Below the pieces are notes generated by a model. It was not told the origin of the DNA. It saw only the letters and a program-made list of their open reading frames with translations, and made no database searches. Below, one piece after another: positions 1-8,556 of a stretch of DNA of 32,050 bases. Where the stretch lies: IMG/VR virus record IMGVR_UViG_3300033076_000614, positions 1 through 32,050 of that record. One strand, 5' to 3'. A program made the position numbers and the translations under genes. The first letter of the stretch is position 1. Each line of letters starts with the position of its first letter. Source of the stretch: a virus (Duplodnaviria; Caudoviricetes).

Positions 1-162
1 CTGGCGGCGCGGACGATGGAGCGGGACGCACGGCCGGAGATCACGCCGGAGGATGCGGCCGGATACGTCGACTACGACGCCGCCCCGGAGAGATCCGATC
101 CGTCTGCGCTCTATCGCGTGCGAAAGGCCCTCCGCGCCCACGCCGCAAAGGTGACGCGATGA
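1..162 (+). CDS. Hypothetical protein, 3' part (truncated by window start)
   Basis: Frame 1 is open from base 1 to TGA at 160-162 (...RVRKALRAHAAKVTR) with GC3-rich codons. Confidence 0.55.
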   Translation: MAARTMERDARPEITPEDAAGYVDYDAAPERSDPSALYRVRKALRAHAAKVTR

Positions 163-185
163 CACTCAACCAACAGGGAGAGACC

Positions 186-500
186 ATGGAAACGCTCGAA
201 ATCAACGGAGAAAAGTACGTCAAGGCATCCAGCGTCACGGCGACGCCAACCGGCAACCGCGCCGTGGTCGTCATCGATCGCGGCTGGATCATGGCTGGCG
301 ATGTCGAGGAGAAGGACGGGAGGATCGTGCTGCACCGTGCGGTGTGGGTGTTCCGCTGGGAGTCGATCGGATTCGCTGCCGTGCTCGCGAACCCGAAGGC
401 GCGCGGCGTGGACATTCGCCAGATGCCATACCCCGTGGACGTGCCGCGCCACGCCGAGGTGTACCGGGTGCCCGTGCCTGCTGAGTGGGGGCTACAGTGA
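186..500 (+). CDS. Conserved-looking small phage protein of the type found upstream of GYGDG-repeat genes
   Basis: ATG at 186 follows AGGGAG. METLEINGEKYVK...VVVIDRGWIMAGD...RW pattern. Stop overlaps the next start (GTGA). Confidence 0.8.
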   Translation: METLEINGEKYVKASSVTATPTGNRAVVVIDRGWIMAGDVEEKDGRIVLHRAVWVFRWESIGFAAVLANPKARGVDIRQMPYPVDVPRHAEVYRVPVPAEWGLQ

Positions 501-715
501 CCGATCAACCCATTGTCGGCTCCGGCTACGGCTACGGCGACGGCGACGGCTACGGCGACGGCTACGGCTACGGCTACGGCGACGGCTACGGCGACGGCTA
601 CGGCGACGGCTACGGCTACGGCTACGGCGACGGCTACGGCGACGGCTACGGCTACGGCGACGGCTACGGCTACGGCACGCCGCAATCGCTCGGGCTCGTG
701 GGGGTGAGCCGATGA
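497..715 (+). CDS. Gly-Tyr/Gly-Asp repeat protein
   Basis: GTG at 497 overlaps the upstream TGA and its own TGA overlaps the next ATG. Contains 25 consecutive G[YD] dipeptides. Confidence 0.75.
   Translation: MTDQPIVGSGYGYGDGDGYGDGYGYGYGDGYGDGYGDGYGYGYGDGYGDGYGYGDGYGYGTPQSLGLVGVSR
524..673 (+). repeat. Tandem hexamer GGC(T/G)AC x25
   Basis: Read directly: 150 nt made only of GGCTAC and GGCGAC units. Confidence 0.95.
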
Positions 716-1158
716 CCGCCCCGATCGAAGATGCCGAGGGACTGTGCGAGTATTGGGAAGACACGCTCGGGTGGCTCCCCGATGCGCCCGCGATGGTCAA
801 GGTCCGCGCCTTGATCGCCGCTGCCCGTGCCGATCGCGAACGTCTCGCGGCGGTGAAGGCGGAGAGGGACGAGGCACAAGACGCGCTGAACATCGAACGC
901 CCTCGCCGGATGGTCGCCGAATCCGCCCTCGCGCGGGCGATGGAGGCGATGCCGAGTGAGGAGGAGTGGGACCACATGCAGGCGGCGAGGGAGGAAGACC
1001 GGCTCAACGCGGAATGCCCGGGTCACATCGCGTCAAACGCCATCATCGATCACTGGCTGGACCGCCTCGACGCCTTCCGAGCCTCGCAGTCGAACACCGC
1101 GCTCACCTTCGGCCCATCGCCAGCCGATGCGTTGACGGTGCGGAAAGGGGGCGGGTGA
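712..1158 (+). CDS. Hypothetical protein with coiled-coil-like segment
   Basis: ATGA overlap at 712-715. MTAPIEDAEGLCEYW...RERLAAVKAERDEAQ. The track ORF from 301 is an over-extension through the repeat. Confidence 0.7.
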   Translation: MTAPIEDAEGLCEYWEDTLGWLPDAPAMVKVRALIAAARADRERLAAVKAERDEAQDALNIERPRRMVAESALARAMEAMPSEEEWDHMQAAREEDRLNAECPGHIASNAIIDHWLDRLDAFRASQSNTALTFGPSPADALTVRKGGG

Positions 1159-1409
1159 TGACCTATCGCGCGGGAACCAACGGGCTCGGCGCCATTGGAA
1201 TACCTGACGGCGATCCGCGCATTGTCTGCGACGGCTGCGGCGATACATACGCGATCGCTAGACGTGGCGCTGCCGGAGCGCCGCCCGCGTGGTTTCTCGA
1301 CGGCAAGGCGCCGCCGAAGTGGCGTACGGCTCGACTCGGAGCCGACGCGAACACTGTGCGCCGCGACTACTGCCCCGCGTGCAAGCGGAAGGGAGGCGAC
1401 GATGCGTGA
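1158..1409 (+). CDS. Small zinc-finger-like protein
   Basis: TGATG coupling. CDGC...CPAC cysteine pairs. Confidence 0.7.
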   Translation: MTYRAGTNGLGAIGIPDGDPRIVCDGCGDTYAIARRGAAGAPPAWFLDGKAPPKWRTARLGADANTVRRDYCPACKRKGGDDA

Positions 1410-1692
1410 GCTATCCGAGGCGACCATGGACCGCATCGAATTCGCTCTGGTCGATCAAGAGGCGGTGCTCGACGACATCGGCAACAGTCCGGAGCGGGTG
1501 GATACCGCGCGGGCGCTCGCCGAGTTCCGCGAATGGCGGGCGGGTCGGGAGAAGGCCACGGAGCCGGGCGTTTGCCTGAGGTGCCAGGGCGATGGGATGG
1601 GACCGTATGACAGGCAGCCTTACTACCCTGGTTCGAGGGCGATTCCGTGCTCCGACTGCAACGGCACCGGCAAGCGGAATGGAGGTGGGTGA
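1402..1692 (+). CDS. Small protein with DnaJ-type CxxCxGxG zinc finger
   Basis: GGAGG SD before ATG 1402. CLRCQGDG and CSDCNGTG motifs. Confidence 0.75.
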   Translation: MRELSEATMDRIEFALVDQEAVLDDIGNSPERVDTARALAEFREWRAGREKATEPGVCLRCQGDGMGPYDRQPYYPGSRAIPCSDCNGTGKRNGGG

Positions 1693-1904
1693 TGGGCCGC
1701 GATTCCGTCCGCTGCCAGGAAACTCCGTACGGCTTCATCTTCGGTGCGGCGAGGGTGGAGCGATGCGCGACCGATCGCGGCTACGTCGTAATCGAAGTCG
1801 CGACGCCGCGCGAGGTGATGCACGTAACCGTCACGCCGAAAGGGCTAATTCGAACCGCGAAGAAGAAGACCGCCAAGAGCGCGAAGGGAGGCGAGCATGG
1901 GTAA
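1692..1904 (+). CDS. Hypothetical protein
   Basis: GGAGGT SD, TGATG coupling. ETPYGFIFGAARVER...VTVTPKG. Confidence 0.7.
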   Translation: MGRDSVRCQETPYGFIFGAARVERCATDRGYVVIEVATPREVMHVTVTPKGLIRTAKKKTAKSAKGGEHG

Positions 1905-2082
1905 TCGCGACAACATCCCGGCCGAGGTGCGGCGCATGAAGACGAGCGACCTCGTGGATCAATACGTGTGGCTGATGCGCATACGTGACATGGCGGGTTT
2001 GCTCCCGTCGCAGCGTCGCGAGCTAGCCGACTTCGCCGCCGAGCTCAACGCCCGCATTCCGCCGCGCGAGGTGGAGCCATGA
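1897..2082 (+). CDS. Hypothetical protein
   Basis: GGAGG SD; coupled to both neighbours. Confidence 0.65.
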   Translation: MGNRDNIPAEVRRMKTSDLVDQYVWLMRIRDMAGLLPSQRRELADFAAELNARIPPREVEP

Positions 2083-2279
2083 GCGCCGAGACGTGTCCGA
2101 GGTGTGGCGCGGAGTGGACGCGCACCATCCACGCGAACGGCGATTGGTGCCGGTGCCCGCGACCGTGCGCGCACTGTGGGCGGCCGTTGGATCATGGTGC
2201 CGACTTCTCCGACACGGACAGGTGCGCGCCATCGCCGCCGCGCTGCGAGAGGAGGCGGGGCGATGATCGACCGCGCTAG
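2079..2279 (+). CDS. Small Cys-rich protein
   Basis: ATGA overlap. CPRC, CRC and CAHC motifs. Confidence 0.55.
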   Translation: MSAETCPRCGAEWTRTIHANGDWCRCPRPCAHCGRPLDHGADFSDTDRCAPSPPRCERRRGDDRPR

Positions 2280-2499
2280 GAAACAGCCCAAATCGCGCCG
2301 TATTATCGTCACGCTGCCGGCAGACGTGACCGGCCACGGGTGCGGATCGTGCCCCTTACTCTACTACCTGCGCGGGGACGCATTAGCACCGGAGCCGTTG
2401 CAATGGCGGTGCAGGATCTACGGGCCGATCGTATCGCCGCCCGGTGACGGGCAGTTCCGGGCGGCGGCCTGCATCGATGCCGAGAAGGCGAAAGCGTAG
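2263..2499 (+). CDS. Small Cys-containing hypothetical protein
   Basis: GGAGG upstream. CGSCPLL...CRIYG...AAC. Confidence 0.6.
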   Translation: MIDRARKQPKSRRIIVTLPADVTGHGCGSCPLLYYLRGDALAPEPLQWRCRIYGPIVSPPGDGQFRAAACIDAEKAKA

Positions 2500-2530
2500 C
2501 ACCAACACACATACCGAATCAGGGGTTAGC

Positions 2531-3049
2531 ATGCACATCATCGAACCACTCTTCTCAGCAGAAGCCATCGCCGAGCGTGTGAAGAAGCTCGGCGCAGACA
2601 TCACCGATGTCTACCGTGGGACAGAGCTCCATGTTGTGATCGTTCTGACAGGTGCTCTGCCTTTCGCTGCCGACCTCATACGCGCGATCGACTTGCCGCT
2701 GCGCGTCCACACCGTGCACGCCTCGAGCTACGGTGCGAACCGCACGCCGAGCAGTTTCGTCTACCTCAGTGCGATCACCCCCGAGCTCCCGACCGGCGCG
2801 CGCGTCCTCGTCATCGACGACATCCTCGACACCGGGAACACCCTCGCGCGCGTGCGCTTCGACCTGACGCACAACGCCAACGCCCGCAGCGTGAAGACGG
2901 CCGTGCTGCTCGACAAGCAAGTGCGCCGCACTGCGGACGTCACTGCCGACTTCGTCGGCTTCCTGGTGCCCGATCTGTTCGTCGTCGGCTACGGGCTCGA
3001 CCTCGCAGGGGCGTACCGGAACCTGCCCTACGTCGGCGTGATGCGGTGA
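2531..3049 (+). CDS. hpt: Hypoxanthine(-guanine) phosphoribosyltransferase
   Basis: Type I PRT PRPP loop VLVIDDILDTGNTL, flexible-loop SSYG, LLDK, FVVGYGLD and YRNLPY, all HPRT signatures. Confidence 0.93.
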   Translation: MHIIEPLFSAEAIAERVKKLGADITDVYRGTELHVVIVLTGALPFAADLIRAIDLPLRVHTVHASSYGANRTPSSFVYLSAITPELPTGARVLVIDDILDTGNTLARVRFDLTHNANARSVKTAVLLDKQVRRTADVTADFVGFLVPDLFVVGYGLDLAGAYRNLPYVGVMR

Positions 3050-3082
3050 TCGCGTGCTGTCTGGTGAGCGGTGCGCGTGCTG

Positions 3083-3091
3083 TGCTACGTT
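3083..3091 (+). promoter_or_regulatory. Putative extended -10 promoter (TG-C-TACGTT) just before terL
   Basis: TGnTAnnnT ending 9 nt before ATG 3101; no clear SD. Confidence 0.4.
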
Positions 3092-3100
3092 GCGCGGTGC

Positions 3101-4597
3101 ATGAGCACCGCAAGCAAGTACGACCCGTGGGCGAGGCAAGCGCCGCAGCGAACCATGGTCGCCACCATGGACCAGGCCCGACGCATGCGCGCCAAGGTCG
3201 CGCGGCAGGATGTCAACGAGTTCATCGAGTTCGTCATGCGCGACGAACAGACGGGTGCTGCGCTGCGACAGGCCCCGGTGCACGAGGCGTTCCAAGAGCT
3301 CGCAGGCGTCTACCCTCGCCTACTGATCTGGAGTCATCTCGAGGCCGGCAAGACCTCTCAGTTGAGCATCGGGCGCACTCTGTGGGCGATCGGTCGTAAC
3401 CCCAACGTCCGCGTCGTCATCGTCTCTCGCACGATCAATCAGGGGCGGAAGATCCTGCGCGCCATCAAGGGCTACATCGAGCGCAGTGAGGAGCTCCGAC
3501 TCGTCTTCCCAGACCTGCGCCCAGGGCCGCGTTGGAACGACAGCGAGATCATCGTGCAGCGCACCACGACATCGAAAGACCCGACAGTGCAGGTCGCCTC
3601 CGCAGGCGTCGGCTCTCTCCAGGGCGCACGCATCGACATCGCGATCCTCGACGACGTGCTCACCCACGAGAACACGCGCACACCGGAACTCAGGCAAGCG
3701 ATGTTCGACTGGTATCTCGCCTCGATCGCAGGCCGCGTGAACCCAGATGGCGGGCAAGTGATCTTCGTCGGCAACGCCTTCCACCCACAGGACATGATGC
3801 ACCTGCTCGCCGAGAACCCGATGTGGCACAGCGCGCGCTTCCCCGTGCTGACCGACGACGGCTACTCGACGTGGCCGGCGCGGTGGAGCAACGATCGTGT
3901 CAGTGCCAAGCGCATCGAGCTCGGGCCGCACGAGTTCGCGCGGCAGATGCTCTGCAAGCCTCTGGACGAAGGAGCGACGCGCTTCCGCCGCGAGTGGATC
4001 AAAGGCGCGCTCGACAAGGGCCGAGGCACTCAACTCGCCTATGCTCTGACGACCGTGCCGCCCGGTTATCAGACGTACACCGGAGTCGACCTCGGCACGC
4101 GCAAGAGCAAGAAGTCCGACCTGACAGTGCTGTTCACGATCATCGTTCACCCGAACGGAACGCGCGAGGTGCTCGAGATCTCAAGCGGCAGATGGAACGG
4201 GCCGGAGATCGTGGATCGCCTCGTCGACGTGCACCACCGTTACGCGAGTGTGCTGATCGTCGAGAACGTCAGCGCACAGCAGTTCATCGTCGACTTCACG
4301 AAGCAGCACAGCGCGATCCCTGTCGTCGGCTTCACCACTGGCAAGAACAAGTGGAGCGCGGAGTTCGGCTTGGAGTCGCTCGCGATCGAGCTCGCGAACG
4401 GCAAGTGGCTGATCCCCTCGACTGACCAGGGCGTGCCTGCGACCAAGGACATCAGCGCGTGGATCGAAGAGATGATCCACTACGACCCGAACGCGCACAC
4501 CGGAGACCGTCTGATGGCGATGTGGTTCGCGAGAGAGGGATCGCGTCAGAGCAAGCCGCAGGCGCGGCGCTTCAACACGACGTTGGCGGTGCGGTGA
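3101..4597 (+). CDS. terL: Terminase large subunit
   Basis: Walker A-like EAGKT, Walker B IAILDD, VIFVGN coupling motif, RNase H-like nuclease GVDLG and C-terminal HTGDRLMA. About 500 aa, upstream of portal. Confidence 0.93.
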   Translation: MSTASKYDPWARQAPQRTMVATMDQARRMRAKVARQDVNEFIEFVMRDEQTGAALRQAPVHEAFQELAGVYPRLLIWSHLEAGKTSQLSIGRTLWAIGRNPNVRVVIVSRTINQGRKILRAIKGYIERSEELRLVFPDLRPGPRWNDSEIIVQRTTTSKDPTVQVASAGVGSLQGARIDIAILDDVLTHENTRTPELRQAMFDWYLASIAGRVNPDGGQVIFVGNAFHPQDMMHLLAENPMWHSARFPVLTDDGYSTWPARWSNDRVSAKRIELGPHEFARQMLCKPLDEGATRFRREWIKGALDKGRGTQLAYALTTVPPGYQTYTGVDLGTRKSKKSDLTVLFTIIVHPNGTREVLEISSGRWNGPEIVDRLVDVHHRYASVLIVENVSAQQFIVDFTKQHSAIPVVGFTTGKNKWSAEFGLESLAIELANGKWLIPSTDQGVPATKDISAWIEEMIHYDPNAHTGDRLMAMWFAREGSRQSKPQARRFNTTLAVR

Positions 4598-4646
4598 ACG
4601 ATCGGCGTTCTGAAACGCGGTTCGAGCGCACAACGTACTGAGCACC

Positions 4647-4955
4647 ATGATCACTCTGACCTACGACTGGAACGCTCTGCCCGTGCTGCGCAGCACGGAG
4701 ACGCCGATGGTGTACGCGCGCCGCCACATCGGACGGACGTTGCGCGAGCACTACCGCGCGCACGGGATCGGTGCTGTCTCTAACGAGTGGGACAATCGGT
4801 TCGACCACAACATCGTCACTGTGGTCACGAACGATCTCGGACTGACGATCACTTTCGAGGAGGCCCTACGAGAGCAGCATCCGGCTCTGTTCGAGATCGA
4901 GCGCATCGAGGCGATCGTGCTGCTCGCTGCGCACGAGCACGGGGTGGTGCAGTGA
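4647..4955 (+). CDS. Hypothetical protein (array member A)
   Basis: 102-aa ORF coupled to next by TGATG. Confidence 0.7.
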   Translation: MITLTYDWNALPVLRSTETPMVYARRHIGRTLREHYRAHGIGAVSNEWDNRFDHNIVTVVTNDLGLTITFEEALREQHPALFEIERIEAIVLLAAHEHGVVQ

Positions 4956-5263
4956 TGTCGAAGCCTCGTCAGACGAGGGTGCTCAATCGCGTCGGCACGC
5001 TCTGGCTCAAGTGGCCCAACGATCGCGACGTGCCGGTAGACGCGGTCGAGGACTACATCCTCTCTCAGATGTACGGCAAGCGCGGCGTGTCGAACGTGCG
5101 CGTCGAAGCCACTGTGACGCACGAACTCAGCTTCACGCGCTCGATCCCAGCCCCGCGCGAGCTCCGCGCTTACGTCACCTACCGAGGCCGTCACGCGCTG
5201 CACCGCGTGCTCGACGAGGCAGTGCTCGACGCCTTCATCGCTCTGCTCGCAGAGTCCGCATGA
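4955..5263 (+). CDS. Hypothetical protein (array member B)
   Basis: TGATG coupling; MSKPRQTRVLNRVG... Confidence 0.7.
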   Translation: MSKPRQTRVLNRVGTLWLKWPNDRDVPVDAVEDYILSQMYGKRGVSNVRVEATVTHELSFTRSIPAPRELRAYVTYRGRHALHRVLDEAVLDAFIALLAESA

Positions 5264-5514
5264 GGCGGACGTACTACAGGCACCCGGCACTGCGCGCCAT
5301 GGCTCATGCGCGTGATGCTGCGCCTGCGCTCACTCACTTCATCGGTGCGCAGCTGAGAGAGCATCGCATCATCGCGCATGAGCATGATGCGACGGGCGAC
5401 GCCGTCATCGTCGTCGAGCCCATCGTCCCTTCGTCGAGCGTCGAGTGCGCACTCGACTCGATCATCGAGTCTGAGGAGTGCAGCGCGTTGCTTGCTATGC
5501 TCGGAGGTTCGTGA
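5260..5514 (+). CDS. Hypothetical protein (array member C)
   Basis: ATGA overlap; MRRTYYRHPALR... Confidence 0.7.
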   Translation: MRRTYYRHPALRAMAHARDAAPALTHFIGAQLREHRIIAHEHDATGDAVIVVEPIVPSSSVECALDSIIESEECSALLAMLGGS

Positions 5515-5798
5515 TGGGTAGGCTGAACTTCAACGTCTATGATCGCAACCGCTCGACCATCTACGTCGATGTCGGGGACGTGCTCACGGGCATCGGCTCG
5601 AGCATGCGCCTCCTTCACTTCCTCGAGACGCTGCCGCGTGAGTGGGCACGCGTCGGCGGCACACCGAACATCCAACGCGCGACCTCAGTGCAGACGCACG
5701 GCGGGCACACCACGATCTGTCTGACGCTCAGTGCGCCTGTCGAGCTCGACGTACACGATCACATCGCGGCATGGGTGCGCGTGCTACTGGAGGTCTGA
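5514..5798 (+). CDS. Hypothetical protein (array member D)
   Basis: GGAGG SD plus TGATG coupling. Confidence 0.7.
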   Translation: MGRLNFNVYDRNRSTIYVDVGDVLTGIGSSMRLLHFLETLPREWARVGGTPNIQRATSVQTHGGHTTICLTLSAPVELDVHDHIAAWVRVLLEV

Positions 5799-5799
5799 C

Positions 5800-6171
5800 G
5801 TGAGCTTCGACAGGAACCGAATCGCGTTCGTGCACAAGGTTCGCGTCGGCGAGCAGGTCAGCATCTTCGATCACGTCAATCAGCGCGAGCTCGCTGCCGC
5901 GTGGAAGCAGTGGCTCGCGTGCAACGTGACCGCCGAGGGGCGCGCAGCGGTCGGCGTCGCCTATGTCAGCGACACCGCGACTCAGCGCTCGCTCAAGCTC
6001 GACTACCTCCACGTTCGCCTCGAGTGCCTCTACGGCGTCACGGCGCAGTACGCAGCAGGGCGTGAGGAGCGCGCACTCGTCGAGGCGATCGCACGCGAGG
6101 CCGAGGCGCTGCGCGAACCTGCACACGCCTTCCTGTTGCTCTACTGCGCCGCGTCCGAGGAGCAGCGGTGA
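5800..6171 (+). CDS. Hypothetical protein (array member E)
   Basis: GGAGG SD before GTG 5800. Confidence 0.7.
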   Translation: MSFDRNRIAFVHKVRVGEQVSIFDHVNQRELAAAWKQWLACNVTAEGRAAVGVAYVSDTATQRSLKLDYLHVRLECLYGVTAQYAAGREERALVEAIAREAEALREPAHAFLLLYCAASEEQR

Positions 6172-6407
6172 GGCGCGTGGTCACCGCGCCGTGCGACGGC
6201 GTCGAGTACCACGCTGCGCTCAGCGACCTCAAGGGCGCGCTCGACGCGTTGAGTGTCGCCGACTACACGATCAGCGCGGCGCACAAGGGCGCGTTCGGCA
6301 GCGTCCTCATCTGCGCAGTGGAGCTCGCGTACTTCTCCGACACTGATCGCGATGACGAACTGCGCGCAGTCATCGAGCTGATCCTGTCCTCCACCGTCCA
6401 GCGATGA
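6168..6407 (+). CDS. Hypothetical protein (array member F)
   Basis: GAGGAG SD, GTGA overlap. Confidence 0.65.
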   Translation: MRRVVTAPCDGVEYHAALSDLKGALDALSVADYTISAAHKGAFGSVLICAVELAYFSDTDRDDELRAVIELILSSTVQR

Positions 6408-6419
6408 TACGCTGAGCGC

Positions 6420-6587
6420 ATGACAGCACTCGATCGCCTGCGCCACGCGCTCGCCAACCGCCACAGCTACCCGTGGTCGACCCGTCGTATGCAACGGTGC
6501 ATGATGCACGATGCGATCAGACAGTGGGTGCGCGCCGAGCGGCAGCACCGCCTCGCTTCTGCGTTGGAGGGCGCGCTCGGTGTCTAA
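6420..6587 (+). CDS. 55-aa hypothetical protein (not in ORF track)
   Basis: MTALDRLRHALANRHSYPW...EGALGV translated by hand. Preceded by TG-A-TACGCT, 6 nt upstream of the ATG. Confidence 0.55.
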   Translation: MTALDRLRHALANRHSYPWSTRRMQRCMMHDAIRQWVRAERQHRLASALEGALGV

Positions 6588-6864
6588 CGTCGTCAGCCTC
6601 GATGCCTTCCGCAAGCGGCGCGCGCCGACCGATGCGCGCGAGCTCATCTACCTCTCGCGTGACGAGGTCGAGCACGGCACGAAGATCGTCGAGAGCGAAG
6701 ACGGCCTGTTCGTCGTCGGCGTCGTCCTCGACGTACCGATCGACGTGGCGGCGCAAGGCTTCGCGCTCGACCCGACGCACGCGGTCCTGCTCGCGCACCG
6801 ACTGCTCGCGCTGGCGGCGCAGGCCGAGGCGATGACCGAGGAGGCTCTGCGCGATGACGACTAG
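6580..6864 (+). CDS. Hypothetical protein
   Basis: GGAGG SD before GTG 6580. Starts with the common phage NVVSLDAFR motif. Confidence 0.7.
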   Translation: MSNVVSLDAFRKRRAPTDARELIYLSRDEVEHGTKIVESEDGLFVVGVVLDVPIDVAAQGFALDPTHAVLLAHRLLALAAQAEAMTEEALRDDD

Positions 6865-6897
6865 GCACCGACCATCCCACGCGCTACCCTCGAGCCC

Positions 6898-8556
6898 ATG
6901 AGCAGCGGCACCGGCTTCGACCCAGGCGGGGTCAACGACTTCCTCTACTCCGACGCCTCGACGCCGGATGGTGCCGGCGCGGGCACAGACATGAACCCGC
7001 GCCAGCTGGAGCTCACTCGTCTGTGGTCCTTCTACCGCTGCACCAACTACGCGAACCGCACGACAGACTGGAACGGCGGCATCCACACAGAGCACGTCGA
7101 GCACAGTTCGATCGCGACTCAGGGCTACGTCCCACCCGGCTTCATCGACAAGGGGCGGCAGATGTTGCCGCTCAAGTTCCGCCGACCGACTGCGCCGTAC
7201 TACCTGATCCGCGTCGTCGTCGAACGCTTCACCGGCCTTCTCTTCGGTGAGAAGCGCAGGCCGAAGATCGTCGTCGAGGGCGACCCCGCGACGACCGACT
7301 TCATCGAGGGGCTGATCGAAGCTGGGCGGCTCTGGCCTGCGATGCTCAAGGCGCGCGCCTACGGCGGCGCGATGGGCAGCGTTGCGATGGGCTTCTCGCT
7401 GATCAACGGTACGCCGACCTTCGAGGTCTTCGACCCGCGTTGGTGTACGCCTGTCTTCGCTGATCGGCATCGACTGACGTTGAAGGCGCTCGAGGTCCGC
7501 TACGTCTTCACGGAGATGGCGCGCGACGATGACGGCGAGTGGGTGCAGAAGCCGTACTGGTATCGGCGTCTGATCACGCCGGAAGCGGACGCGATCTGGG
7601 ACAAGGTGCCCGCCGACCAAGGCGAGCCGCGCTGGTATGACGATCAGACTCCGCGCCGCATCGTCGAACACAAGCTCGGGATCTGCCCCGCGATCTGGAT
7701 TCAGAACACGAGCAACGACGACGACATCGACGGCGATCCCGACGGCCTCGGTGCCTACGATCTGTCTGAGGCGTACGACGCGCTGATGGCACAAGCGAAC
7801 AAGGGGACGCTCGCCAACGCCGACCCGACGTTGCTGATCACGTCTGACTCCGACCTACCGCCCGACTTGCAGAAGGGCAGTGACAACGCGATCCAGTTGG
7901 AGAAGGGCGGCAGCGCGCAGTACCTCGAGCTCCAAGGCATGGGGCCGAAGGCGGCGCGCGAGCTCGCGACCGAGATGCGGGAGCGTGCGTTCGAGGTCGT
8001 CGCGTGCGTCCCCGACAACGCGATCGAAGGACCGCAGCAGACGGCCACAGAGGTCGTCACTCGCCTGAGCCGGATGCTCGAGCGCGCCGACGTGTTCCGC
8101 GAGCAGTACGGCGAGCAGGGCGTCAAGCGCATCATCGAAGTCGCGCTCGTTGTGTGCCGTGCTGCGATTGCGCCTCGGCAGGAGCAGATGACGGTCGACG
8201 GCGAGACGATCACCCGCGCTGTGCGCGGCGCAGTGAACCTACCGCCGAAGGCGGTCGAGCAGGAGGACGGCTCAATCGAGTATGCTGAGCGCCGCCTCGG
8301 CCCGCTCTCGTTGGTGAAGCTCTCGTGGCCGCGCTACCTAGAGCCGACGCTCGACGACGCGACCAAGGCGGTCGACAGTGCGCAGAAGGCGGTCGACCTC
8401 GGCGTGATGGACAAGCAGGCAGCGGCCGAGTGGCTCGCTCAGTTCCTCCCGCTCGGCAATACGCGGGCGCTCCTCTCGCGGATCGAGGCTGCGCAGGCCG
8501 CTGCGAAGAAGGAAGAGGAAGAGGCGATGGCGCGCTACAACGCGGGCGGGTACTGA
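6898..8556 (+). CDS. Portal protein
   Basis: 552 aa downstream of terL. Portal-like elements YLIRVVVERFTGLLFG, EHKLGICPAIWIQN and C-terminal KLSWP...helices. Confidence 0.85.
   Translation: MSSGTGFDPGGVNDFLYSDASTPDGAGAGTDMNPRQLELTRLWSFYRCTNYANRTTDWNGGIHTEHVEHSSIATQGYVPPGFIDKGRQMLPLKFRRPTAPYYLIRVVVERFTGLLFGEKRRPKIVVEGDPATTDFIEGLIEAGRLWPAMLKARAYGGAMGSVAMGFSLINGTPTFEVFDPRWCTPVFADRHRLTLKALEVRYVFTEMARDDDGEWVQKPYWYRRLITPEADAIWDKVPADQGEPRWYDDQTPRRIVEHKLGICPAIWIQNTSNDDDIDGDPDGLGAYDLSEAYDALMAQANKGTLANADPTLLITSDSDLPPDLQKGSDNAIQLEKGGSAQYLELQGMGPKAARELATEMRERAFEVVACVPDNAIEGPQQTATEVVTRLSRMLERADVFREQYGEQGVKRIIEVALVVCRAAIAPRQEQMTVDGETITRAVRGAVNLPPKAVEQEDGSIEYAERRLGPLSLVKLSWPRYLEPTLDDATKAVDSAQKAVDLGVMDKQAAAEWLAQFLPLGNTRALLSRIEAAQAAAKKEEEEAMARYNAGGY

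Noticed and set aside
41-707. Poly-VA (minus strand), poly-AT and poly-RL ORFs over the hexamer repeat
   Set aside because: These are shadow frames of the stop-free GGC(T/G)AC repeat. Only the G[YD] frame is coupled to both neighbours.
1141-1904. Gly-Gly-rich C-termini (KGGG, KGGDDA, NGGG, KGGEHG) as ubiquitin-like tails
   Set aside because: Explained by the G-rich SD of the overlapping downstream gene. Unlike the 18947-19503 array, they share no upstream motif.
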